In this document: positions 48,069-60,499 of the stretch, in pieces
Numbering within the stretch: position 1 is the first letter of the stretch
Layout: each line of letters opens with the position of its first letter
Source of the DNA: Ginglymostoma cirratum
Lineage: Eukaryota
Direction: 5' to 3'
Length of the DNA: 64,000 bases
Assembly (NCBI GenBank): GCA_024137785.1
Contig: JAHRHZ010000266.1
Coordinates: 260,738-324,737 of the forward strand
Made by a program: the position numbers and the translations under genes
The notes under the pieces: model-generated
Seen by the model: the letters and a program-made list of their open reading frames with translations, nothing else
Told to the model about the DNA's origin: nothing
Databases searched by the model: none

Positions 48069-51000
48069 AGATATATTTCGATGATCATGGGGATGAACAA
48101 TTATCAGGAAAATATAGAGCTGTGAAATCAGATCAGCCATGATCTTATTGAATAGCAGAAACAGGCGGCATGTACCGAACAGTAGCCTGTACCTTGCACC
48201 CGGAGCGTCTCAGAAGAAATTCCTCCTCCTCTGCAGGCGGTCATGGTATCGAGGTGGTGACATCGACTGTGTCCATCTCAGACTGAGATTTCTTCAATGC
48301 AGGCAGAGTGAGAATACCCATGGTTTCTGACAGCCTTTCTGGCTGTTTCAAGGGACCGGGTATGTTTTGGTCCTTCCCTGTTTGCAAGGTACTAGCTTTC
48401 ATGCGATCCACTTGTTTGTTCATGGCCGCCTCACCAAGCCGAACTTACAGTGTCAAGGGATCTGACCTTGCGGCGACCTTGTCTTGTACTCATGCAGTGC
48501 CATTTCTATGGTTTCAACACTAAACTTCGTCCCCTTGAAGTAAACTGTCCTACTTAGAGGAGGCATGCAGTCAGTATTGGTGCTTCTGATGCTGTTTCAC
48601 CCTCATATGCCCCCTTCCCCCACAGATCCAGGAATATCAGGTTTAACCTAGTGCAGAGTCTTCTCCCCATCAGCAGCTCTGCTGGAGCTATCCCTGTTGT
48701 TGTGAGAGGGGTGGTCCTATAATCAAATAGGAGCTGGGACAGATTGGTATCAAGTGAAGTGGTGGCCTGTTTCTTTAAGCCTTCCTTCAAAGTTTGGATT
48801 GGTCTTCCCACCAGACCTTTGGATGATGGATGGTATGGAGATGTCTGAACATGCCAAATGCCATTCAACTTTAGGAAATATTCAAAATCCCTGCTGGTAA
48901 ATAACCTTCCATTGTCTGTGACCAATATTTCCAATGTGTGCATCTTCTCTATCGTCACCCCACCATGTTTAACATATGAACTCTATGCATGTCCAGCCAC
49001 TTTGAATGGGCATCCACAATATCTAAAAACATTGAGCCCATAAAAGGGCAGGCATAGTCAACGTGTAATTGAGTTCAGGGTTTTCCCAGTGATTCCCATG
49101 AATGTGGCGGATCTGCTGGCACTTTGGGCATGGTCCAACAACGCAGCTATGTCGGCATCCAAACCTGGGCACCGGACATAACGTCTCACCAACATTTTCA
49201 TTTTGGGATCTCCTGGATGACCCAGCTGGAGTTCAGCCAGGATCAGGCAGCGACCTTGACTCAAGACCATCACTCTTCTCCCTATTATAATATGCCATCC
49301 ACTACAGCGATCTGGTCTTGCCGAGTTCAGAAAGGTTTCAATCCTGGTTGTGATGACCTCTTTTGTTTCCCCCATTACCACCACCTATTTTAGTTTTGCC
49401 AGGGCGGGATCTTTTTGTGGCCACAGTCAGATATTGTCAGTGGTGACCAGAAGGGTGTCCAGAAAGATTAAAACCAGAATGGACTCTACAGGGCGGCACC
49501 ATCGATGGTGTATACGCCAGTGGGAGGTGGCTAAGGCATATGTATTTACCACTTGGCCTCCGGACAGTGTTCCATCTTGTAATTGTACGCACTGAGAATA
49601 AGGGCCCACCACTGAATTTGACCAGAAGCTATCGATGGCAGAGCATTGTCTTTTTTAGGTAGCCCTAACAGGGGTTTGTAGTCCCTTACTATAATATATT
49701 TATGGACATAAAGGCATTAGTAGTATTTTCTCAGACCAGAGATGCCCACCAAACTTTCCTTCTTCAGCTGGGTGCATTTGCATTCAGCAGCAGCCAAAGT
49801 CTGAGAAGCATCCGGTATTGGGCATTCCTCTCCACTGAGCCACTAGCGAGCCAACACTACTCTGAGAGGCATCATATGTCAGCACCACGTCTCGCTTGGA
49901 ATTGTAGTGGGCCAACACCTTAGACAGTGATAGCTCTTTTTCACCTCCCTAAAGGCTATTTGGTGGCTACGTGACCACTCCCAAGGCTGACCCTTTTCAA
50001 TTGCAGGTGTAAGGGTTCCTAGATGGAGGCCAGGTTACATATGAATTTCCTGTAATAATTCATCAACCCAAGGAAAGACCTAAGCTCCAGTTCAGACAAA
50101 GGAGCTGGAGAAACCTTGAGCGCTCTCACTTTATCTTCCAATGTGTGTAACCTGGTCTTGCAACTCTGCAGCACAAGTAAGACACTTGGGGTCCCTGGAA
50201 CACACAGTTTTCCATTTTAAGGGATGCGCCCACCTGGAAAAATGTTTAACCACTATGTCCAAATTCTCCAAGTGTTCTTTATTGGTCTTCCCATTATTAG
50301 CACGTCCTGATAAATGGACACCTGGGGTAGATTTTGGAAACGTTCTCCATAGTCCACTGGAAAAGGGCACGGGTTGATGATACAAGTCTTGGCAGACTTG
50401 TACATTGGTACAAATCCTAATGGGTATTAATTGTGGCATACTTCTGGGACTTCTCATCTAGTCACAGTTGCAAGTACGCATGGGTCACATCCAGCTTCGT
50501 GAATGATAGCCACCCCGTGCTATCAATTTTGCGTACAAGTACTCTACACGAGGGATTGGGTATTTATTCAGCTGCAAGAGGTGGTTTACCATTTGCTTAA
50601 CTTCCCACAAAGGTGAACTGAGCCAAGAGGCTTCACAATCGGTGGAGCCTATTCTGCAAACTGCCCTGTTTGATAATTCCTTCGCTTTCCAGCCTCCTGA
50701 TTTCTGCCTCTACTTTTACACACAAGGCAAATAGCACTGGGCGGGCCTTGAATAATCACAGAATTGTGTCTTGGTCAACATTCAAGGTGGCCTTGGCTCC
50801 TTTAATAGTCCCAAGAACTTCCTGAAAATGTTTGGGTATTTAATTAGGACTTCACTCGGGCAGCCATTTTGTAATCAAAAAATGTTGAGCCAATTAAGGT
50901 GAATCTTTCTCAACCAATTCCGCCTCATCAAGCTTGGGCCCAAGCCTTTTACTATAATCAGTGGCAACTGCACAAACTACTTCTTTAGGAGACCAGAACC

Positions 51001-51882
51001 AAAATTGTACCCTTAATCTGTAATGGTTCTCAGTTATATGTATTCTCAGTCTGGCCGAGTCCTTGCGCCAAATTAAGGATTGGAGTCCAGAGCGAATCTT
51101 GTCAAAGACTGGCTCTGCACTGGTATCGACCTCCTTTAAAACTGATCAGTTGTGATTCAGATGTTGCTAAGCAACTTAACTGTTCCAAACCATGTGTAGG
51201 TAGACTTTTCAGGGTTTGCACTCTCCTGGATACTGGTCCATGAGTTCTCTTATTCAAGTCAAGCCTCGTAGGACTCCTTTGCTGTCTCAAGTCCACATAC
51301 TGGCAGCAACTACAATGGCTTGCCAGGCCAGATCCTGAAGACCACTTTAGCCATTTGACCGAGGCTCAGCTTTGTTTTGGGGTTTTACTATGGGCTGATC
51401 TAAGGTCTCTCTGCTCAGGATACGTCCTGTGTGACGCTCTGCGATTGCCCACACTCATGCGGTGTTCCCGAAGCTCAGCTGGACAGGTGAAGGTGTCCAC
51501 TTCCACTGGCATATCCTGTAGCTCACACGCTCCACTTGCCACATTTTCTAATGACGAACCCAGCTGTAGTGCTTGTTTGAAGTCCAGTTGGGCTTCAGTT
51601 AGTAGGTGCTTTTGCATGGTTATGTCATTAATCTCACATACCAAACAATCTGTCAGAATCTCATTCAGGGTTAACCCAAAAATCACACACCTCTGCCAGT
51701 CATCTTAACCTCGTCAAAAATACCAATACAGATTAGAGATAGTAGGAACTGCAGATGCTGGAGAATCTGAGATAACAAGATGGACAGAGATAAAAGGTAC
51801 TGCAGATGCTGGAGAATCCGAGATAACAAGCATGGGGCTGGATGAACACAGCAGATCAAGCAGCATCATAGGAGCAGGAAAA

Positions 51883-51916
51883 CTTGACGTTTCGGGCCTA
51901 AACCCTTCATCAGAAA
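51883..51916 (-). ncRNA. Minimal type I hammerhead ribozyme motif in the left pLTR
   Basis: Reverse complement identical to 54381-54414. Confidence 0.8.
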
Positions 51917-52580
51917 TGGGGGAGGGGAAGAGGGTTCTGAAATAAATAGGGAGAGAGGGGGAGGCGGACAGAGGATGGATAGAGGAGAGGATAGGTGGAG
52001 AGGAGGCAGACAAGTCGAAGAGGCGGGGATGGAGCCAGTAAAGGTGAGTGTAGGTAGGGGGGTAGTGAAGGGGATAGGTCAGTCCAGGGAGGACGGACAG
52101 GTCAAGGGGGCGGGATGATGTTAGTAGATAGGAGATGGGGGTGTGGCTTGAGGTGAGAGGAAAAACAGGTGAGGGAGGTGNNNNNNNNNNNNNNNNNNNN
52201 NNNNNNNNNNNNNNNNNNNNNNNNNNNNNNNNNNNNNNNNNNNNNNNNNNNNNNNNNNNNNNNNNNNNNNNNNNNNNNNNNNNNNNNNNNNNNNNNNNNN
52301 NNNNNNNNNNNNNNNNNNNNNNNNNNNNNNNNNNNNNNNNNNNNNNNNNNNNNNNNNNNNNNNNNNNNNNNNNNNNNNNNNNNNNNNNNNNNNNNNNNNN
52401 NNNNNNNNNNNNNNNNNNNNNNNNNNNNNNNNNNNNNNNNNNNNNNNNNNNNNNNNNNNNNNNNNNNNNNNNNNNNNNNNNNNNNNNNNNNNNNNNNNNN
52501 NNNNNNNNNNNNNNNNNNNNNNNNNNNNNNNNNNNNNNNNNNNNNNNNNNNNNNNNNNNNNNNNNNNNNNNNNNNNNNNN

Positions 52581-54431
52581 GAACTCATCTCCACCTACCT
52601 AGACTCCATTTTCACCCCCTTGGTCCAGGAACTCCCTACCTCCGTCCGTGACACCACCCACGCCCTCCACCTTCTCCAGAACTTCCAATTCCCCGGTCCC
52701 CAACACCTCATTTTCACTATGGACGTCCAGTCCGTATACACCTGTATTCCCCATGCTGATGGCCTAAAGGCCCTCTGCTTCTTCCTGTCCCGCAGAACGG
52801 ACCAATCCCCCTCCACCGACACCCTCATCCGCTTAGCCGAACTCGTCCTCACCCTCAACAACTTTTCTTTCAATTCCTCCCACTTCCTACAGACAAAGAG
52901 GGTGGCCATGGGTACCCGCATGGGCCCAAGCTATGCCTGCCTCTTTGTAGGTTACGTGGAACAATCCCTCTTCCGTACCTACACTGGCCCTAAACCCCAC
53001 CTCTTCCTCCGTTACATTGATGACTGCATCGGCGCCGCCTCGTGCTCCCACGAGGAGCTCGAACAGTTCATCCACTTCACCAACACCTTCCACCCCAACC
53101 TGAAGTTCACCTGGACCATCTCCAACACTTCTCTCTCCTTCCTGGACCTATCTGTCTCCATCTCGGGCAACCACCGAGAAACAGATGTCCATTTCAAGCC
53201 CACTGACTCCCACAGCAACCTGGAATACACCTCCTCCCACCCACCCTCCTGCAAAAATGCCATCCCCTATTCCCAATTCCTTCGCCTCCGCCGCATCTGC
53301 TCCCAGGATTAGACATTCCACTCCCGTACATCTCAAATGTCCTCATTCTTCAAGGACCGCAACTTCCCCCCTACAGTGGTCGAGAACGCCCTCGACCGTG
53401 TCTCCCGCATTTCCCGGAACACATCCCTCACGCCCCGTCCCCGCAATAATAACCAAAAAAGAATCCCCCTCGTCCTCACATACCACCCCACCAACCTCCG
53501 GATCCAACGCATCATCCTCCGACACTTCCGCCATCTGCAATCAGACCCCACCACCAAAGACATTTTTCCCTCCCCACCCTTATCTGCCTTCCGGAGGGAC
53601 CACTCCCTCCGCGACTCCCTTGTCCGCTCCGCACTCCCCTCCAGCCCCACCACACCCGGCACTTTTCCTTGTAACCGCAGGAAGTGCTACACCTGCCCCC
53701 ACACCTCCTCCCTCACCCCAATCCCAGGCCCCAAGAAGACTTTCCACATCAGGCAGATGTTCACCTGCACATCTGCCAATGTGGTATACTGCATCCGCTG
53801 TACCTGTTGTGGCTTCCTCTACATCGGGGAAACCAAGCGGAGTATTGGGGACTGCTTTGCAGAACACCTGCGCCCAGTTCGCAACAAACAACTGCACCTC
53901 CCAGTCGCGAACCATTTCAACTCCCCCTCCCATTCCTCAGACGACATGTCCATCCTGGGCCTCCTGCAACGCCACAGTGATGCCACCCGAAGGCTGCAGG
54001 AACAGCAAATCATATTCAGCCTGGGAACCCTGCAGCCCAATGGCATCAATGTGGATTTCACAAGCTTCAAAATCTCCCCTCCCCCAACCGCATCCCAAAA
54101 CCAGCCCAGCTCATCTCCACCTCCCTCACCTGTTTTTCCTCTCACCTCAAGCCACACCCCCATCTCCTATCTACTCACATCATCCCGCCCCCTTGACCTG
54201 TCCGTCCTCCCTGGACTGACCTATCTCCTCCCTACCCCCCTACCTACACTCACCTTTACTGGCTCCATCCCCGCCTCTTCGACTTGTCTGCCTCCTCTCC
54301 ACCTGTCCTCTCCTCTATCCATCCTCTGTCCGCCTCCCCCTCTCTCCCTATTTATTTCAGAACCCTCTTCCCCTCCCCCATTTCTGATGAAGGGTTTAGG
54401 CCCGAAACGTCAAGTTTTCCTGCTCCTTTGA
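52581..54431 (+). pseudogene. PLE polyprotein: reverse transcriptase + GIY-YIG endonuclease, one nonsense codon, 5' end in the gap
   Basis: MDVQSVYT, AMGTRMGPSYA, RYIDD, FLDL, KPTD; CNRRKCYTC linker; VVYCIRCTCCGFLYIGETKR..EH. ORFs 52620..53312 and 53337..54431 are the same frame, separated by TAG at 53310-53312. Confidence 0.9.
54381..54414 (+). ncRNA. Minimal type I hammerhead ribozyme motif in the right pLTR
   Basis: ttt-CTGATGA-a-GGGT-ttag-GCCC-GAAA-CG-TC-aag; predicted cleavage after C54411. Confidence 0.8.
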
Positions 54432-57259
54432 TGCTGCTTGACCTGCTGTGTTCATCCAGCCCCATGCTTGTTAACAAGATGTACAGCTGGATGAACACAG
54501 CAGGCCAAGAGCATCAGAGGAGCAGGAAAGCTCTTCAGAAAATGAAGAAGGGTCTGGACCCAAAACATCAGCTTTCCTGCTCCTCTGATGCTGCTTGGCC
54601 TGCTGTGTTCATCCAGCTCTGCACCTTGTTACCTCTACCAATACAGATTCCCCGGCTCCGAACTGTCAAATAAAACCGATAATATCTCAGAATTAGAGGA
54701 GGCTGGGATCGTAATATTCCGTAACTAAATCCATCAAATCTTGAAAGATTTTGGTATCTGGTGTCTTGGATGAAAAGGTCCTAATAACCGTTGCTTTTCA
54801 TGTATCCCCAATGTCATTTGCCCAGAAAAATTAACACATTCTTTCCATACACTGGGCCCAGTCTCCGATGGCATGATCAAACAAGTCAAGTTTCCCAAAT
54901 AAAGGCATGATGCCAGAAATGCTTACCCCAACTCAAAGACGACTGTTGCAAGCAAATTTTCTTCGGGAGCGTACTGTTTTCTCTCGTTGGCACTTAAATA
55001 GCTCCAAGGAGGCCGATATCCTGTCATCAAGTCTCGCTTTATTTACATATGCTCGGTACATGGGCTCTGACCAGCTGGCGCAGAGCAAGTCCCTACAGTG
55101 ACGAAAATTCCCAAGACTCCTATTTTTATGTGTCAGTCAGGGTTCCCTGATTGGCCCAGGTTAACAGCCTCAGTAAGGGAACTCATATTCAATGAGATCT
55201 ACCTGGCCAACCTCATTCCAATCACTACAGATACACTTCATGGTCAGCAGCCTCACACAACCCACATTCGTGGATGTTGGCCTCTAACATGTGCCAGCCT
55301 CTCTGCACCTTCATGGCATATCTCAGAACCATTTGGATTGCACCGGCACTATTGGAATGTTACTGCGAGGGCTCTACATACACAAGGACAGCTCACAGAT
55401 TAGACAAAGCAGTAACTCAGGGCCGCTTGCTCACCAACTTTGTGCCTACCTGGATACCTTGCATTTTATGCTTTGCCATCTCAGCCACACCATAAAGGCT
55501 CACAGTACTTCTATCTTGTCTTGCAGTCTAGAGCAGGAAAAAGGCCAAGCAGTTGGCCATGCTAGTCAGCAGTCAGTCAAACAGGGTGCACATATTACTG
55601 TACAGCACAGCATTATACCACGCATCCAGCTGCACCATGTGCCAGCAACATATACAAGAAACACATTACAAATAAAGCAAGCAAATGTCATGTTTCAAAG
55701 TCTAAGGGGAGTAGTCCTCAGGTAGGTCCAGGGAAACACCCTTCAGTCAGGAGGTCTGTGTACATTAAGTCATGGGCAGCCTCTCAATGGGATAAGCCAC
55801 AGTCAATCATGAGGCTCTGTACACTAAAAGTCAAGGGTAATGATTATCAGGGACTACTTCTTGGAAAGATAGCTGGGGGACAGCCATGGTATCACCATAG
55901 GCTAAGTTAACCAAGTCTGAAAGGATATTGCTACGAGACTGGGCCCGTGGCAAGTGGCAAGGGAACCAAGAGAGAGAAAGACATTTAACCTCACCAAACT
56001 AACTGTCACACACATGCACTTATTGTTTGCATAGGTAGACGCTGTCATGGAGGCAAGGTCCCATCTTCACATGGAAGGTATCCTCTATCATTTTGTATGA
56101 CATCATCACCATGTAGATTTTGAACAGATGTAGCAACACTAACCTGGGCATTCAAGAGATGCTGAAGCAATCAGAGGCAGAATTGTATTAAACCTTATGG
56201 CCCAGACTACTGGGGAGGTGATGGTGTAGTGATATTTTGGCTGGGCTAGTAATCTAGAGACCCCAGTAATGTTTTGGGATGACTGATGGTGAAATTTGAA
56301 TTCGTTAGAAATCTGGAATGAAAAAAACCTAACAATGATCATGGAATTGATTGTCAATTGTCAGAAAAATCGATCAAGTTTACAAATGTCCTTCAAGGAA
56401 GAAAATCTGCCATTCTCACCTGGTCTGGCCTACCTGTGACTTCAGACCTTTAGCAATATTGTGGACTCTGAACTGCCATCTGATATACCCTACAAAGCCA
56501 TGCAGTTGTATCAACCTGGATGAAATTCTCCAAAATGAATGAAACTGGACCAATCTCCTGGCATTGACTTCAGTACCAAAAACAACAATGACAAACACAG
56601 TCCTGTGGATCCTGCAAAGTGATCCTTACTAACGTCTGAGACTCAAAAACTACTCGAGGAGCAGCTCAGAAAAGTAATTACACACACAACATCCCAGACA
56701 ACACCAACACCATCCAAGGTATCTGCTGTCCCACCACAGGTGACACCTAGCAAAGGTGACAGCACAGCAGTATGGTCAGGAGGGAATTATGCTGACAGTT
56801 CTTAAATTACTTCTGGACCCCATGAGGTTTCATGGCATCAGGTCAAACATGGGCAAGGAAACCTCATGCTGACTAACATGTAACCCAACACACCTCCCCA
56901 GTAAATGTTCAGCACCAAGTGTGGCTCGGCAGCATCACTATTGAGCAAACTGGTCAAATCATAAAGGACATTGCTGCCAGACTGGGTATGTAGCAGGTGG
57001 TGAGGGAACCCACAAGTGGAAAAAAAAACTTAACCTCATCCTCACCAATCTGCCTCAGTTTGATTTATCCTGGGAATGAAAACTAGCCTAAATAGAGGTG
57101 AGGTGTGTAAGGGGACAGTAGTCGTTCTGGCATCATGAATAGCAGCCCATGGACATTGGCCAAGAGGATTTAGACAGGCGATTGACACAGTATTCATGTC
57201 CAGTCCCCGAAATAAGATATATTAACAGAGACAGGTGGGACAGAGAGAGAGACAGACAG

Positions 57260-57660
57260 AATTTGTTCACCAGGACTTCCAGGTACCTGTCCCCAAAGCG
57301 GGATGCCGATTTTCCTTTGCTTGCCATGTCTAGGCCAATGACAGGAACCATGCAGGGCAGCTGTGAACTGAAGAATTTAATCTAGTACAAAAGAGCCTTT
57401 TAAATATGGTATTGCTGGCAGGAATCTCAGGATGTTGCACCAGTGCTGAGTACCTCCACCTACAGCAAATGGAAGAATACAAGAAGAACACAGGGACATG
57501 GTGCATAGGTAATTAAGCAAGTCTGGGAAATAGCATGAGAAAACATGCTAGGTTGTAATGGAGAGAGGGGCCCCACCATGACACTCATTAAAATGACACA
57601 GCCAATTTCTGCTAAAATTTAGCTTCCGGCGTGAATTGCTCTCGTCCCAAAAAGCAGTCA
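57260..57660 (-). mobile_element. Possible Harbinger Myb/SANT-like ORF start
   Basis: MASKGKSASRFGDRYLEVLV resembles the xPRFxDxxLExL N-terminus of Harbinger DNA-binding proteins. Confidence 0.35.
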
Positions 57661-58099
57661 GTCAAGCAACTTTGGAGGTTTAAATGAAGTAATTCTCAAC
57701 TTTTGATGGCTTGAATACAGAGTTCCCATTATTGGCATATTCTTCCTAGTTATGTCACAACATATGCCTTCTAGAGCATTCAGTGTTAGAATTCCTTCCC
57801 TAGCGACCTTGTGGGTCTGCCTCCAGCACACGGACTGAGGCAGTTCAAGAAGGCAGGTCACCACCAGCTTCTCTAAGCCAACTATGAAAGCTAGCCCAGC
57901 CAACGTTAACAATATTCCCTGAATGAATAAAAAATTACTTATCATACAAAGTCTTCAAGTTGATAAGACTACAAACTAAAATCAAAGTGTGAAAATGTGT
58001 GATTTGTGGCTTCCTATTCATGACAACAGTGCCAGAAGTGCCTCTTTGGACCGCTTCCTTGGCCTGTGATAAAAGTCAGTGTCACCACCAACATCAAAG

Positions 58100-58720
58100 T
58101 GAATGAACTCATAAACCACAGCCCTACAGAACAAAAGTGAAGCAAAATAGTACAGGAAGTGGTCAGCAGCTATACTAAGATTAGTAGCACTCTCTCCACA
58201 TTAGATCATATTATGTTTAAGTCAATGCCAAAATAGCTAAGACTATTTCTATCTCTTGCCCTTTACCCCACCCCTCCCTCTACCTCAAGTCTTCAGCATA
58301 TATACCCCTTCTTTCTTGCTACCATCAGTTCTGAAGAAGGGTCACTTACATTAACTCTGCTCTCTCTCCACAGATGCTGCCAGACCTGGAGTGCTTCCAT
58401 CAATTTCTGTTTTTATTTCAGATTTCCAGTATCTACAGTTCTTCATTTGATTTTAAGTAAGGCAAGTGTTGGCTTTGGAAAGTTACAAAAGAAATGGTCT
58501 GAGAGTGAAGAAGTTCTGGTCTCCCAATAAAATTGAAGTCATATAGACCGGTTGTTCTCAGTCTTGTGCTTGTGAAACAGATAGTTTATGCAGAGAAGCT
58601 AGACCACTTTCACGTGTCTTGCTTGTACAGACAGCTCAAGATTGGATGGCAAGATCAGGTTGCCAATACTGAGATGCGCTCACTGATCAACATGCCTTGC
58701 ATTCAGACTTGTATAAAGAC
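58100..58720 (+). mobile_element. RTE-type LINE fragment with an inserted PLE 3' end (~58245-58455)
   Basis: KASVGFGKL, IKLKSYRPVVL, LDHFH.SCL..LKIGWQDQVANTE; ctgaagaagggtca remnant at ~58331. Confidence 0.6.
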
Positions 58721-58789
58721 CAGGGATCAATACCTCAACTGTATGGAGAGTGGGGATCAATGCACACCCGTATGGAGAGCAGAGATCAA

Positions 58790-59655
58790 TGCCCACCTGT
58801 AAACATTTAATATTCTCTTAAGTAAATAAATGTATAGTGACTAATTTAAGGGAAGGCTATGGCAAGGCAGCTTGGCCACGTCTCCTGTGCAGTGTGGTAA
58901 ATCAGGGATACTTCCAATGTCCAGGGTGACGAGGCATGCAGAAAGTGTCTTCAGTTATAATTATGAGAAATCTCCATTTCGATCTGGAACATCAGCTGGA
59001 ATCACTGTGTCACATCTGCACTGTTGAGGTTATCACATACAGTGAGCTGGCCACTCTGCAGGTAAAGAGTGCAAAGGCAGAAATGGAAATGAATGACAAA
59101 GTAAAAGCACTAGGGCAGGTGGTGCAGGAGGCCCTGAATTCATCTCCCTCTGTAATAGATCTTCCATGTTGGTTATGACTGGAGAAGATGGCTTCTCAGC
59201 GAAATGCAGCGAGCGCCAACTCTGCGGCACACAACTCACTGGGAGATGGAAGATTAAAAAACAAGAGTGGGAGAGTACTGACAGAGGATTCTATCATAGG
59301 AAGAACATTTGGATGTTTCTGCAACTGCAGATATATCACTAGTACTATTTGCAGCCTCCTCAATGCCAAGATCAAAAACGTCACAGAGTTCCCACAGGAC
59401 TTTCTGAAAGGCGAGGGCAAACAGCCAGAGGTTGGGATCCATGTCAGAACTAGTGACATAGAGAAAGAAAGGGGTGAGATCCTGCAAGAAAATACAGGAA
59501 GCTAGGAAATAATTAAAAAGAATGACCTTAAAGGTAATAATTTCAAGATTACTCCCAGTGCCACATCCTAGCAAGATCAGGAAAAGAAGAATACAGTGGA
59601 TTAGAGAGAGATGGTATGGCAGGGAGGGATTTATATTGCTGACCCACTTGGGCCA
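58790..59655 (+). mobile_element. CR1 ORF1 (zinc finger + SGNH esterase) remnant
   Basis: C..C...CRKC; DSII; LKGEGKQPEV.IHV; KVIISRLLPVP. Confidence 0.7.
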
Positions 59656-60499
59656 CCCCATCAGTCTATTCTCGATCATCAGTGAAGAGGTCATCAACAG
59701 CAATATTAAGCAATACTTACATAGCAATAGCCTCCTTATCATGCTCCATTTGAGTTCCACTTGGACCTCTCAGCTCCTGATCTCATTACAGCTTTATTTC
59801 AAACACTGACAAAACAGCTGAACTCCAGAGGTGAGGTGAGAGTGGCTGCAATGACCACAGCTGTCCAGGTGTGGTACCATGGAGCCTGACAAAACTGGGG
59901 TTAATGGGAATCAGGGAGAAAACCGTCCATTAGCTGAAGTCTTATCCTGCACAAAGGAAGATGATAATTCTGGGTGGACACCTGTCAGCTCAGGTCCAGC
60001 ACAACTCTGCAAGAGTTCCTCAAGGAAGAGCCCCCAGCCCAACCACCTTCACATGTTTCATCGATGACATACCCTCTATCCAAAGGTCAGAGCTGGAGAT
60101 GCTCACTGATGACTGCATCATGTTCAGCACCATTTGTGGCTGATCACATGTTGAAAAAGACCATTTCCAAAAGTGGCAAGACTGGAACTGTATCCACTTT
60201 GAGCTAATAAGTAGCAAGTAACATTTGAGTCATACAATTGCCAGGCAATATTCATATCCAACAAGAGAGAATCTAACCATCATCCTTCAACATTCAATGG
60301 TATTACTATCATTGAATCCAACATTATCAAAATCCTGAGTTACCATTGACCAGAAACTGAACTGGAGCAGTCATATAAATATTGTGGCTACAATAGCAGG
60401 TCAGAGGCCAGGAATCCCGCTACAACTAACACAACTCCTGACTCCCCAAAGTCTATCCGCCATCTACAAGGCACAAGTCAGGAGTGTGATGGAATACTG

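Larger units (their letters stand above)
51788..54471 (+). mobile_element. Young Penelope-like element (Neptune-like) with inverted pLTR arms
   Basis: The minus arm 51788-52180 mirrors 54118-54471 with few mismatches; an N gap lies at the junction. TSD taacaagatg(g/t)acag at 51773-51787 and 54472-54486. Confidence 0.9.
51735..54635 (-). mobile_element. Older PLE mini-hairpin split by the younger PLE
   Basis: Tail at 51735-51787 and remainder at 54472-54635. Outer TSD taccaatacagatt at 51721-51734 and 54636-54649. Confidence 0.8.
48165..55229 (-). mobile_element. Second decayed Gypsy element of the same or a related family (3' LTR absent)
   Basis: 5' LTR ~55229-54995 starting TGTAGTGATT, PBS-like tgccaacgag, gag start MPLFGKLD at 54908. 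Also LTEAQLDFKQALQL, RT/RNase H remnants and integrase (LGHPG, TDNG, PYHPSSKG, YRTTP). Confidence 0.85.

Noticed and set aside
53310-53312. In-frame stop in the PLE ORF as programmed recoding (selenocysteine or readthrough)
   Set aside because: The codon is TAG, not TGA, and the paralogous copy has Glu (GAA) there; a simple nonsense mutation is the better explanation.
53185-54431. Long overlapping Pro/Ser/Thr-rich ORFs and the C-terminal extension through the hammerhead
   Set aside because: The strand is extremely C-rich and so stop-poor; no domain signal is visible.
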